Source: the human T2T-CHM13v2.0 reference genome, Homo sapiens
Strand: one strand, 5' to 3'
NCBI RefSeq assembly: GCF_009914755.1
Contig: NC_060948.1
DNA: 64,000 nt
In this document: piece after piece, positions 27,161 through 41,996 of the stretch
How positions within the stretch are numbered: position 1 is the stretch's first letter
How the letters are laid out: the number at the start of each line of letters is the position of its first letter
Notes under the pieces: model-generated
The model's input: only the letters and a program-made list of their open reading frames with translations
The model's database searches: none
Told to the model about the DNA's origin: nothing
Made by a program: the position numbers and the translations under genes

Positions 27161-27939
27161 CTGTGATTGCTGCCAAAAAGCATACATGCGTTGTGCCACA
27201 GAAAACCAATTTTTAAAAAAAGTACTCTATGCTTTACCTGGTAAAAACTAATAAAATTTTTCTAGTCCACATAGTCATTTATCTTGCCATTTTTTCTAAT
27301 CTTATGGTGACTACAAGAAAAGAGTGAACTGTAGCTAATAAGAGAATGTGGTGTATTGTCGTGATTTTTCACTGTGTAAAAGTCCCTTTCACTCAAGTGA
27401 TTTCTTTATGGATTTCAAGGCAGCAACAAGAACGTGTAGAGTACAAACTAGTCTCTGTTGGAATTGACAAAAAGCTCTGATCTCAGTTTCTCTACATATC
27501 TTGCCATGCTGAATCATTGACAAAAATACAAAAATTAGAACTATGAAGGTTTTGGTTCTTAAACCTGCCCCTACAAAAGTAGGCCAAAATTTGAAATCAC
27601 ATGTGTTTGGTCTGTTAGTTTTTCATCTTTCACAAAACATTCCACTGCATCAGAATTCAATTTGAAGACTGAGATTCATTTAATAGTGTTTTACTTATTG
27701 TTGTTTCTTTTTGTGTTTGGATATCACAGGTAAAACGTCTGATTACTTCAACATTACACATTTTAAATAATAAAAGCCAGAAAGAATGACAGATGAAATT
27801 AATCCCATGAATTTTTAATGACTTGCTATTTGGTTTTTACTTATTACTGTTACTGTGTTTTCTGTCTTGAGAATACCAAAATAGTAATGCATTGTACCAA
27901 GCATTCTAAAATAACTGCCTAAAAGGGTAATTGAATCAT

Positions 27940-28243
27940 TTTTTTTCTTTTCTTTTTTTTTGGAGATGGAGTCTTCCTCTGTTCCCATAGCTGGAGTGCA
28001 ATGACGTGATCTCGGCTCCGGTAACCTCAGCTTCCTGGATTCGTGCAATTCTCCTCTCTTAGCTTCCTGAGGATCTGGGATTACAGGACTCAGCCACCAC
28101 TGCTGGCTAACTTTTGTATTTTTGGTAGAGAGCTTGTTTCACCATGTTGATCAGGATGATCTCAAACACCTGACTTAAGGACATCCACCTGGCTCTACCT
28201 CCCAAAGTGCTGGGATTACAGGTATGAACCACCATGTCTGGCC
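27940..28243 (-). mobile_element. Alu (AluS-like)
   Basis: Full reverse Alu body with poly-T. Confidence 0.9.
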
Positions 28244-28779
28244 ATGCCAATTCTTTTATTTCTTTATGGAGACAACTGTAGGTTGAAAGCCATCTTTCCT
28301 AATACTTGTCAGTGCCTCAAGATTGTTAGGATAAAAATAAAATTTCCAACCAAAGGATACTTGTTGGTATCCAGAGTTTTAAGAAAAGTTGAGAAATAAA
28401 ATATCCAGCTTCTGGCTCCTTCCCAGTGAGCATGCTCAATGTCTGGGGAATCCTTGGAACCTGGAGGAAGGGTAGAGCTGGGGTAGGTGGGGATGATCTT
28501 TGGAGCCACTGTCACTGTGGCAGCCACTGTTGCTCCTCAGGAAATGGCTTGGAGCCTCAGCCTTCAGAAGAAGTAACAAGGGCTCAGCAAGCAGTATTTT
28601 GTGTGCCAGATTTTCCATCTTCGTATCTTTTTTGCTGCTGTACCTACTGAGGTCTCTATCATTAATTTGGTCATCTTATTTCTTTGTACATTTTAACTGA
28701 AAGTCACTTCTCAGATGTGTTCCCTAAATTTTTCTCAGCCTACACCTTGTTTGTTTGATTCTCTTAACCTGAACATATT

Positions 28780-28993
28780 TTTTTTCTTCTTTTTGTTTTT
28801 TTTTGCCTTTTTTGAGATGGAGTCACACGCTGTCACCCAGTCTGGGGTGCAAAGCCGTGATTTTGGCCCACTGCAAACTTTGTCTACTAGGTTGAAGGGA
28901 TTCTTCTGCCTCAGTTTCCTGAGTAGCTTGGATTGCATGTGCCTGCCAACAAGCCCAACTTTTTTTTTTCTTTTGTATTTTTAATAGAGACAG
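28780..28993 (-). mobile_element. Partial Alu cut by the LTR3 element
   Basis: Alu sequence stops at TAGAGACAG, immediately followed by the LTR terminus TGTGGC. Confidence 0.8.
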
Positions 28994-29428
28994 TGTGGCA
29001 GTCAGTTACTATGGGATGAAACAAAGGGGGTTGAATGCAGAAATGAAGACAAAGACAAAAAATATTTGTTTTAAAAGAGGGGTCAGGGGGCTCATTTCTT
29101 CTAGTCAGCAAAGGCCCTGAGCTTCTACAGGCCTTCATATTTATTAGGCAGAATCAACAGGGAGGAAAGGTAATTGTTGGTCAGCTGCTTGATTTATCAC
29201 AGGCTCACATAATTGCTTTCTTTGTACTACAGACTTCAGATGTTCCTATATATAACCACAAGAAATACTATGCTTGGGGCATGACTGCCCTCAGTATTCC
29301 TTCTGGCACCAGACGTGGTGTGTCAGGTTATGAAAATGCTGCTTTCATGAGAACAGTTTGCTCTCTGCTCATAGACCCTCCACTCATTATTGAGTTGGTC
29401 ACAACCCTTATTCTTTTGGCCTCCAACA
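28994..29428 (-). mobile_element. 3' LTR of HERV-K(HML-6), LTR3-type
   Basis: Reverse strand starts TGTTGGAGGCCAAAAGAATAAGGGTTGTGACCAACTCA (recalled LTR3 start), ends CCACA, and is preceded by a purine tract. Confidence 0.75.
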
Positions 29429-32400
29429 TCTCCATTTTGTTTTTGCATTAACTGAGTACAGGTGATTGCAGGCTGTGCAGCTCTCAATTGCTGTTTGGTG
29501 GTCCAGCTGCTTTTACTGACAATGAGCATAAAACAGAGACATAATAACATTACTCCGATAATCACAAAAAAGACATTGAGGTGATGTTTGGAGGAGGTCC
29601 AAGGGTTAAGGCTCTCTACACCTTGCTGGAATTCTGTGCAAGTTTTCAGACATGACTGAAATACTTGAGTATGCTTATTCAAGTTAAGAATTGCACATGT
29701 ACCCTAAAACTTAACGTATAATAAAAAAAAGAAAAAAAAAGAATTTTACTTTGTTAATCATTAATATCAAAAGTAACATTGTATGTGAAAGCCCCATGTA
29801 AATGGACCTTTACAAGGTTCTATGGATATTCACTTTGGTTTTATTCCAAATTAGTTACACAAATATGAGTATGCTTAAAATGACAATGCAATTGCTGCTG
29901 CAACTACAAGTTTGTTCTTGTTTTCCTAGCCACAGAACTGTAGTCTTTAACATTGCTGCTTCTGTGTGTATCTCAGTGTTAAGTTTATTTTTAAGCATCC
30001 ATGCCTGGTCGGCTGTACACATCCAATTTTCTACATATTGAGCTGTCTGAATGGAGCTCTACATCGCTACTAAGGATGACACAACAGAAATTATTAGTGT
30101 TCCTAAGGAGACTTTCACAATTATTTTCATGCCTAAGGCTCTACAAGCACAATGAGTAAGCTGAGTAAGAAAAAGATTTACAAAATGGAAAGCAGAGGTG
30201 GCCACCCAAGGCTCAGGCAGATTTACAGGAATCCATAATCTGGGATTGCAACCTAAAATTACTAGGGTGGATATGCTATATGTTTGTACTGTGCTATGGT
30301 TTAGGGAATAATACAGTTGACAAGAATCACAAGTCAACTGGGCATCGTTTAACTGGAGTTGGTCCATTTTGCTGCTAGAAAAACATAAGTTTAAAAACAC
30401 AAAATGTAAATTGAGTGGTAATATTTTCTACAGAGTTAACATTGCAACTGCATTCAGCACAATTACTATAATTAGATAGTGTTCGAAGACAAATGCTGCC
30501 ATTCATATAGTGGAGTGCTGCCTTCCCTATCGACTCTTGAATTGTACGTTTCTTTCCTTGATAATGTCATTGAGGCAAAGTTGGGCTAAAGCCTGTTCCA
30601 CGCCAAGAGAAACTTGCTGCAGATTGGGATTGAATCCCAGTGCAGTGTAGTGAAGGGATGCTAACCTGTGTCAGCGAAGTTTATGCCATGAGGTCGGAGT
30701 CTCATCTCTCCCATCTAAGTGACCACAGGGACCCAGAAAATAATGTCTCCCATTAGCATGAACTGTTCTCTAGCTAGGGTGCCAAGACACTGGGTCCAAT
30801 GAGGGGGGTAAGAATTATCAAAGGGAGCCCATTCTGTATAATTAATAGAATTTTGGGGATGGGGCTGGGAGTGGTTATTATCTACACCAGTAATGTTAAT
30901 AAAGCTAAGGCCTAATAGGTACATAATTTTTCCATGGTAACTTAACCATACTTGGGATTAATTTGCAAGGCCACTGCAGTTGAGTGATGTACCCTGGGTG
31001 ATGCATAAAGGAAGTCCCTCCAATGGCACAGCATAATTGATAATCATTGTTCTGAGAGTCTAATTACTGTTTGTCAGGGGGTGTTTGGGGTCCTGGTGCC
31101 CATCCTCCATGATCATGATAGATGTCAGGGGGAGTGTCACTCCATATTACACTCCATAATACTGGGGGATTGGGAATATATGTCCAATATGTTTTTGTCT
31201 CTGCACAAGGAAAACCTACTGGCCAGGATGTTACAGGTAGCATGGCCATAAACGTGAGGTCAGGGTTGTTTGCCTGACCCTGGTGCTCCAGCAATTTCAA
31301 CTGACTCATGGCTTGTAACAGAGGAGCCGGATCCACAGTTGGGATCCATGGCTCTTTCCACTCTCCCGTTACATGGTCACAAACACATTGAGGGCACCCA
31401 CACAGTTTATCCATCTCCTGTAAAAACACAAGCATACCCTTGTCCTTACATCAGTAAATCTACTGAGCCATTCCATCGTCCTTGGGGGGATTTTCATAAT
31501 ATCTTTGGGTATACTTTCCTTTTTCCCTATAACATTTACCAGTGTCATTCTGCCATAGTCTTACTATCTGTACCAGGAGACAAAAAATTTAAACGAAGTG
31601 AAAAAAAAATTAAAGTAAAAATAAATGTATTTTGTTTGAGGTGGTAACTGGTCTCCTGTTTCCCCTTTCTGTTTTTTTCAGCACGCGTTGTACTGTTCAA
31701 TTTGACTGCTCTTTAATTCCTTGTCCTTGGGGGTTGTAAGGAATTCCTGTTTTATGAGTGATTGACCATAGCTGTAATAAATTTTAAAAAGCATGACTAA
31801 CATAAGCGTGTCCATTGTCAGTTTTTAATTGCCTAGGAACCCCCATATGAGCACATGATGACAGACAATGTCATTGTAAATAACCAGCTGTTTGACCTGG
31901 TTTGCATGTAGCATGCCGCATGTGAGAATAAGTGTCTATAGTCCCATGAACAAAGGCGAGCTTGCCAATGACAGCTTTGTGAGTAACATCCATCTGTCAG
32001 ATTTCATTTGAAGCTAAGTCTCATGGGTTACAGCCTTCTATGGGTGTGACTCCAGTGACATGCTGGCAAGTAGGACAGGCTTGTACAGGCTGCAGCCTGG
32101 CTGTTAGGCAAATGAAACATACGAGTAAAGACAGAGTTTTGATGCAGTAATACAGGAGAAAGTTGAGCTTGTTGAAATGCAGAACAAATCAATTTATTGG
32201 CTCCATTATTACCTAGAAATAGTGGTGTAGGGAGTTGTGTGGGAGAGCAGATATGAGAGATATAAAAAGCAGCATGAGAGCAAACAGCTTGTTGAAGCCT
32301 TAGAAACAAGTTAAACATCTCTGGTTCTAGGGTGCTTTTAATAGTGGCAGTCCCAATATGACCGGCTACATTTACAACATAGGCTGAATCATAGAGAGTG

Positions 32401-33692
32401 TTAATAAGAGATGAACCAGTGAGCTCTAAAACCTGATTAAGTTCCATTAGTTCTGAGCATTGAGCTGAAACTCTGGGTTTTTTTTTTTTTTATTGTAGGA
32501 GCATGCTTAGTACTATAAGTAGCTTTGCGAGCTTTGGAAGAGCCATCAGTAAAATAGGTCTGGCTGCCTGAAATGGGCTTGTGATGAGGAATCACAGGGA
32601 AGATGAAAGGTTGAGTTTTTAAAATTGCAAAATTTTGTCTGATGGATAAAGTTTATGTATTATTCCTACATAATCTGAAAGAGCAATTTGACACACAGTC
32701 AACAATTCCCATGATGCAACTGTTGTTGGGAATCCAATATTTTTCCTCATACTTTTAGACTGGCTCTAAAAGGAGAACAGTAATTTTGTCTGGATCATAT
32801 CTCTTAAGCATTTTTGATCTACCCCTACCCCTTGTTATAAATTGAGTAGTTAAAGAAAGATAAACTTGCAGAGATTTTACTCTCTGATTGAATTTCAAAA
32901 AAAGCCATTCTATCACAATTGCATATTTTTCTATGATCTGTCCTAAAAGTCCTTTTGGAGAATGGCGGGGTAGAAAGAACAAAGAGAACCAAAGGCTTTT
33001 GTGGCTGTGGCTGGGAGGCATGTGTTTGCTGAAGAATCTGCACTACAAGGTGTAACTCAGCTTCAGCCTCCTTAGTAAGTTGCTGGAGCAACGGGTTTGT
33101 CTCCTAAGCCCATTACTCCTAGTGAAGAATCTCCATGGATGATCTGAGTGTTTGAGTTGATGAGTAGCAATACCTAGGATTGGGCACAGCCAATTTATGT
33201 CTCCTAATAGTTGTTGGAAATCACTGAAGGTTTGTGATCTGTCCCTACAGAGGACTACTTTCTGAGGTCGAATATTTGTTTCAGTAACAATAGTGCCTAA
33301 GTATTGGTATGGGGAGGTTGTTTCTACCTTTTGTTGAACTATTTTGAGATGTCCCCCTGTTTTGCTTCTCTCAATATTTGGTGTAATCACTCTTCCATTG
33401 GAGCAGCCAAAAGGATTTCATCCATATAATGAATGATGTAGGCAGTAGGAAATATATTACGAGGCTCCTTTAAGGACTGTCCTACAAAACGCTGAAATAG
33501 TGTAGGACCGATGAGCATGCTTTGGGGCAAAACTTCGCTTATCCTTCTCATGTAAGGGTGTGGTAAGGAAATAATCTTTAAGATCTACTACTATGAGAGG
33601 TGAGTCACTTGGAATGGCTGCCAGTAATGGCAGACCTTGCTGTAATGCACCTATTGGTTTAATCTGTGCATTAATAGCTCTCAGATCACGTA
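29429..33692 (-). mobile_element. Decayed betaretrovirus-like (HML-6/HERVK3) pol-env, 5'-truncated inside RT
   Basis: RT motifs DLRAINA, VLPQSM, HYMDE (33417-33428), PYQYLG, FQQLLGDINW; RNase H DSAYVV; integrase GIPYNPQGQGI; env KTYWTYIPNPP and TM remnants; many stops and frameshifts. Confidence 0.88.
29693..29738 (+). mobile_element. Tiny 5'-truncated L1PA insertion with 7-bp TSD
   Basis: GCACATGTACCCTAAAACTTAACGTATAAT plus poly-A, flanked by AAGAATT at 29686-29692 and 29739-29745. Confidence 0.85.
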
Positions 33693-33784
33693 GAAATTTG
33701 TGGGCAAAATGGTCTGTTTTTATATACTAAAATTTGCTGAAACTTTACACTTGTGTTCATGCTACTTAATATTTTAAATTGTCT

Positions 33785-34503
33785 GTGTGTGTATGTACAT
33801 ACACATATATATACACATACACATATATGATATGTGTATATATACATACATCTATATACACATACACATATATGATATGTGTATATATACGTACATCTAT
33901 ATACACATACCAGCGTGTATAGGTATACATACATAAACTCTGGGTATTATATGTGTTTGTATTACATTCATATATATATATACACACATTCATATGTATA
34001 TGTGTGTATATATCTACATATACATGTTTGTGTGTATACATATACATATATGTATATGTGTGTATATATGTATAGTTGTGTGTATATACACATATACACA
34101 TATGCACACACGTATGTGTGTGTATATCTGTATGTAATAACATATATGTAATACCCAGAGTTTATGTATGTATATCTATACACTCTGGTATGTGTATATA
34201 CATGGTACTTGTATACGTATGTATATACATATACACATACACACACATATGTATGCGTATATATTACACATGTGCATATATATACAAACATACACACACA
34301 GATATGTGTGTATATGTAAGTATATATGTATTCTCTGTTTATATGTGTATGTATATATACGCATACACACATATGTGTATATATTACATACACATACATA
34401 TATACACATATGTGTGTGTATATATGTGTGTATATGTGTGTATATGTGTGTATATGTGTAATTCCTAATTACGTGTGTGTGTGTGTGTATATATATGTAT
34501 GTA

Positions 34504-34550
<47 letters not shown>
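33785..34550. repeat. Long compound (TA/TG/CA)n low-complexity array ending in pure (TA)n
   Basis: Directly visible alternating purine-pyrimidine sequence. Confidence 0.95.
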
Positions 34551-34551
<1 letters not shown>

Positions 34552-34899
34552 AAATTCCATCTTTGTCTCCTGAGTCCATTCAACCCAAAAACTTCCAGGT
34601 ACATGGGGGAAGCCTAAGAAAGATTATGCGGTAGTTACAGTGAAGCAACAGTCTTTAATAGAGTTTGAGTCTTTATATTATCCCTGTTTTCCCATACTAT
34701 GGTCCTAGCAAAACATTGACATCCTCATAAATAAGACGGATTGACTTTGAAACTTAACATTCTCTTCTTATTTAGATATTAATGTAGCTGGATGCAGAAC
34801 GGTTGCCTCAAAAATAAAAAAAAAAAGATTCCATTCCTTTCCTTCTTTTATAAAAACATCAGCAATGAGGTTGTAATTTGTCAAGGGCAGCTTCTTTTT

Positions 34900-35800
34900 G
34901 ACTGTTGAAAGTGGAGATTTTCTGCTTAGAGATGGGACATAGAGTCTTATAATTGTCATTGAGACATTGCAGGGGGAGAAAGTTGGAAACCAGACATTTT
35001 AGGCAAAGGGCTGACAAGACTCTATATAGAGAAAAATCCTATCTTAACAAGTGGCACTGTAGGATCTGAAATATTAGATGAAAACTCTGATTACAAACAC
35101 TTTTCTGTCAAAAGTTAGAAAAGAAGGGTTAGGGCTTGATAAACGTTCCCTACACTATGCCTCTTAGATTAATAGGACAGTGAAAAAGGAGAAGAAAAAA
35201 ATGCAGAAGAAAGTATTCCCTCGGGGTAAGAAAACTTCTTTTACAGTGTTCTAAATGTCTATCGCTGGTTCCCAAAAAGGTTTTTACCAAGTTAAAAGTT
35301 AGACTAAAAACTCGAATTTCGTTTGTTTCCAAGACACCACCAAAACAGCAACATTTGAATAATATTCCTGATTACTAAATCACCAACTGAATTCACCCAA
35401 TAAGAATATATTTCCTGGTTGCAACATTGCATAAAAAGAAGAAAATAAGAGACATGATTGCCATAAACGGAAAGGCAAGAAAATAAAATAGAAAATTCTG
35501 GAATTCCTGGTGCCATCACCCTGATGGACTGTCATTGACTGGCCTTAGTTCAGAAGGCTTTAGATAACACTGAGCTGTAGCCTTGGCCAGAAACTTTCAA
35601 TTGTCTCAAGACCGATTGTAAGTCTCTGCATGCATAAGCTGCTTTGTGAAGGAAAGTGAGTTGGAACAGAGCCAAAGTTTTCATCAACTGAGGATGTTGG
35701 GGGATTGTCAAAGTTCTCTCTATCTGGCCTGTCACCTGAGTCTTATAAGGCTGGAAGTCATCTTTTTGATTTGAACTGGCTGACACTGGCTCAGTGTTGT
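34900..35800 (-). mobile_element. Class I ERV leader fragment (HUERS-P3/LTR25-int-like)
   Basis: Clearly paralogous to 56400-57300 and, in reverse, to 43900-44800. Confidence 0.6.
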
Positions 35801-37220
35801 TTGCTTGTGAGTACAAACAGGAAAAATAAACTTAGGACAAAATCCTCAGAAATAAAAGTAAAGCAAAGAATTTGAAGAAGTGCTCCTATACTCCTACTGA
35901 GTATTGTAATATATTGCTTTCTCAGAACATGTAGCAAATATATATAAATTGAAAATGGGGCTTTGGTTTGTCTTCCACTTTTTTTTTTGGACTGGTTTTC
36001 TTCTTTGCCTGGCTATGTTAAACATGCTATTTGTCTCTGAATCTCTCTGTTCCCTGTGTGGCTTCCTGTTGCTCAGCAGTACTTAAGATTTGCCTTAGGA
36101 GTGACATAACATGTGAGCATGCAAAATAAAAATTCGGGAACGATTTTGGAAAGCCTCTCTCTATTCATCCGGGTTATCATAATACTTTTCTAGGTCCCAG
36201 TCTATCTGTTTTAAGTCTTGTAATAAAAAGAGAATCAGGAATTTAGAGGCAACATGTTTTTTGGTCATTTTCTTTAGGGTTAGTGGTTTAATGGAAGGTC
36301 GGTTGGGAGAACTGAAGAATCTGAGGATGATAAAGTGACTACAGGAGTCCCTTGTCGGGGGACACAAGAAAAGGTGGAACATCTCGAAGTTTCTTCTGAG
36401 GGTTGCCTGGGGATTTGTTTCTCTGATGTTTTAGAATTGTTCACTATAGACAAGTCTGATGTGCTAAGAAGGCATGGTCAACATTACAATGTTTACAAAT
36501 ATCTGGGTTGTTTGCGGGACAAAGAAATCTGACATATATGGCACCTCAGACAATTTGCCTTCTCAGTTGCAGAAAATATCTAGATGTTGGATAGTATTGA
36601 GAGAAAAAAGTTAAGTAGATAGGATGGATTCTTGCTACAACTACTTTAAGCAAAGAGACAGACTGAAATACCAGGCTTCATGCAGATTAAAAAAAAAAAA
36701 AATCCTGCACAAACCTGCAGTCCACTCATATAAAGGAACATAGCCTTATAAATAAACTCTTTTGTAATTATTTTTTTGGCCTAAAACATGCCTACAGATA
36801 ATCTGATAAAAGAAGAAGAATAGTATGCATAAAAACGCTTCTCTTCCAGAAAATAGTCTCTATTTCTTTTACCCAGTGGTCTTCAGTGTGTTCCGATGCA
36901 CACTTTTGCAGTCATGTGGGCATGCCACTGTACATATCAGTCTGCTACTTTGAAGTATCATCAGACTTTCTTTTTCTTCACTGTAATGAAGTCAGATTGA
37001 TTACTTAACAGGGAAAAAAATGACTGTTCACAGCACATATAGGAGACAGATGTGTTTCTCACTATAAGGCAGGTTCTGATGTTTTTATGAATTAAGAAAA
37101 GAGTGTGCTCACTAGTCTTGAAAAAGTACTAGTTGGCTTGACTCAGAAACTTGACCCAGGACTGAAAAGTAGCTGAAGTAAAAATTTGTAGTGGCTCAGC
37201 TCACAGTAGAAAGCATATCC

Positions 37221-37445
37221 AGAAAGAAGAAGAAGAAGAAGGAGAAGGAGAAGGAGAAGGAGAAGGAGAAGGAGAAGAAGAAGGAGGAGGAGGAGAAGAA
37301 GAAGAAGAAGAAGGAGGAAGAAGAAGAAGAAGAAGGAGAGAAGAAGGAAGAAGAAGAAGATGAAGAAAGAAGAAGAAGAAGAAGAAGAAGAAGAAGAAGA
37401 AGAAGAAGAAGAAGAAGAAGAAGAAGAAGAAGAAGAAGAAGAAAA
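37221..37445 (+). repeat. (GAA)n/(GGA)n/(AAGGAG)n polypurine tract
   Basis: About 225 bp of purines with a single T; terminal run of more than 20 GAA. Confidence 0.97.
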
Positions 37446-37762
37446 GTGCCCACTGAAGCACACTGAAGCTCCCTGTGTAAAAGGAATAGAAACGATTTTC
37501 TGGAAGTACGTGCGTTATTTAAGAAGAAAAGTATTTTTATGCAGAATATTCTTATTTTATCAGATTACCTGTTGGCATGTTTTAGGTAACAAAAAAGTGC
37601 AAAAAATATTTGTTTGTTAGGCTTTGTTCCTTTATATGAGTGGGCTGCAGATTTGTTCAGGTTTTTTTAAAAATCTGCCTGAAGCCTGGTATTTTAGCCT
37701 GTTTCTTTGTTCAAAGTAGTTTTAGCAAGAATCCATCCTATGTACCTAAATTTTCTCTCTCA

Positions 37763-39404
<1,642 letters not shown>

Positions 39405-40996
39405 AATTGTAGTCTCACCAATTCACCACATGTAGCAAATTCTCACTGTGTGACATCACAAAGAGTTATTTATCTGGGGTCCAAAAACTTGAGGAACGTG
39501 CACACAAAGTGAAGTTAGCACTGAAGTTTAAGAAGGAAATTAAAATGGCTCTCCACGGTGGAAACCCAATTTGGTTGTCCAGTGTCACCCTGGTGTTTGG
39601 GGTCCTCATGTACTGGGAGATGGAAGAATGTGATGATTGATCTCGGAAAAAGCATTACTCAGCTTGGCTTTGGACTTTTGCTTGGGACAAAACAAGTGCT
39701 GATGTGAAAGCTTGGCTCACGACCTCTACCCATGACTAATCAGAGGCTGATGTGATGATTCATACCACTTCAGGTTATATTCCAAAGCATGTCCAGAAAA
39801 GTGCCCACTAAAATTTATTGTCGCCCACCGTGTACTTTCCTCACCGAAAAAAAAGCCACTAATTTTGGAAGTCCATTGCTTATACAAAAGACAAGGGTGT
39901 TTTCTTGTTGTTCTTGTTTTTCAATCAGTCTCTTTGTGAGCATATATTTGTGCACAAAGAACAAAGTTCTGTCTATGTCGGACTGCGTTTCTTCATGTGA
40001 GTGGGCTGAAGGTTTGTGTGAGTTTACTAATATGTGTCTGTAGCCTATTTTTCAGTAAGCTGGATCTTTGTTCCTAGAAGTTATACCAAGGGCCCCCCCA
40101 ACTACCTAACTTTTCTCTGCTGTTAGGGAGAGACCAACCCTACTACCTAACTAACTGCTGTTAGACAGAATTGATCTTTCTAGCTACCTCCTGCTAGGGA
40201 GAGGGGTTGTGCAATGAAACGCAACAGCTGGAGCTCTGCCTGAGGTCAGGATAAGGTTTCACAGAAACACGGTGTTTTCATAAGTGGTTTCATTTCCAGT
40301 ACCATTTGGAATTTGATTTCCTCTATGTAAGAAGAAAAAAATTGGGTTATAAAAATATGTGTTTTAAAATGAGATGAGCTGAGGCAATAAACAGCTTAAA
40401 AATTCTGAGGCTGCTGACATGCCCCGAAAACTGAGGGCTATAATTATGCCAGAGAATTGTAGATGTATAGGGCTTGGCTTTGCTTAGCGTCCTTAGTCTT
40501 ATCCCCACAAAGACAAACACCCCTTAACTATGAGTCCACACTTTACTTTCATTACCCGGCACGATTTGTAGAATAATTGCCCAGAAGAAAATATTGTTAC
40601 ATACTTTAAAATGTTAACCTTTTTTATGTTTTCTACTCAGCTGTAGCTGGAGATTTCTGACTGGCTCACAGAAATTAACAGGGCTAGTTTAAACTACAGG
40701 CAAATTCTAAAGACAACTAATGAGACTAGAAGACAATGGCCAATGTAAGATTTGAAACAAATTTTTCTATTTTCCTTGTTCATTTCTGTAAAAAACAAAT
40801 ATAATAGGCCTGGGTTGACAGCAAAATGGTCTATAATTTGATAGTTAAAATAACTATTGGCATAAACTGTGGGCCAAATAATTGCTCTTAAATAGGCTTT
40901 GTACACTGGTTTTGATGAAATTTTCTTCATGAGGAACCTCTGATAAAACCTCTTAAAACCAAGCACAACCATGGGTTTTACTTCCAAATACTGATG

Positions 40997-41996
40997 TGTT
41001 GCAGGAAATTAGGGACCCCAAGCAGAGGGACCTGCTGAAGCTGTGGTAGAAGAACATAAATTGTGAGGATTTCATGGACATTCACTAGTTCCCCAGATTA
41101 ATACTCTCATAATTTCCTATGCCTGTCTTTACTTTGATCTCTTAATCCCATCGTCTTCGTAAGCTGAGGATGTATGTCACCTCAGGACCCTGTGATGATT
41201 GTGTTAACTGCACAAATTGTTTGTAAAGCATGTGTGTTTGAACAATATGAAATCTGGGCACTTTGAAAAAGGAACAGGATAACAGTGATGTTCAGGGAAC
41301 ATTGGAGATAACCATTAGGTCTGACTGATTGGGAGCTGGGCAGGACAGAACCATATTTGTCTTATTGCCAAAAACAGGTAAGATAAATATCACTGAATTC
41401 TTTCCCCAGTAAGGAATATTAGTAATTAACAGCCCTGGTAAAAGAACGCATTCCCAGGAGGCGGCCTCTAAAATGGCCGCTCTAGGGGTGTCTGCCTTAT
41501 GCAGTTGCAGGTAAGGGATGAAACACACCCTGGCCTCCTGCAGCAAGCCCAGGATTGCTAGGATTAGGAAATTCCAGCCTGCTGAATTCTAGGAAGATCA
41601 GTTCTCTGCTCTGGAACCCTGTTAAGATGTTTATCATGACAATGCATGCACAGCAGGACATGGAACTTCATTAGCAATTCTAGGTTCACCCTGTTGTTGT
41701 GATTTTGCCGTGACCTTCTGCCTTGTGATCTTTCATTGCCCTCTGAAGCATGTGCTCTCTGTCTCCCACACCCTATTTGTACACTCCCTCCCCTTTGAAA
41801 ATTGCTAATAAAACTTGCTGGTTTTTGGCTTAGGGGGCATCACGGAACCTGCTGACATGTGATGTCTCTGCCAGACACACCGCTTTAAAATTCTTTCTTT
41901 TTTTTCTAACCTATCCTTTTATTTCTCAGACTGGCTGACACTTATGGAAAATAGAAAAGAACTGAGGTTGAAATATCGGGGGCTGGTTCCCTAATA
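40997..41996 (+). mobile_element. MER11 solo LTR (HERV-K HML-8)
   Basis: Starts TGTTGCAGGAAATTAGGGACCCC...AGAAGAACATAAATTGTGAGGATTTCATGGACA, ends GGGGGCTGGTTCCCTAATA; 1 kb; degenerate 6-bp TSD CTGATG/CCTATG. Confidence 0.88.

Noticed and set aside
28309-28700. Cluster of short ORFs in a modestly GC-rich patch
   Set aside because: No recognisable homology or convincing splice boundaries; left unassigned.
29323-33390. Functional ERV env or pol
   Set aside because: Short broken frames, YMDD changed to YMDE, and an L1 insertion in env.
33686-34634. Many overlapping Y/I/H/T/V/C-rich ORFs
   Set aside because: Artefacts of the dinucleotide array.
37143-37620. Poly-K/E/R/S/L/F ORFs
   Set aside because: Translations of the GAA tract.
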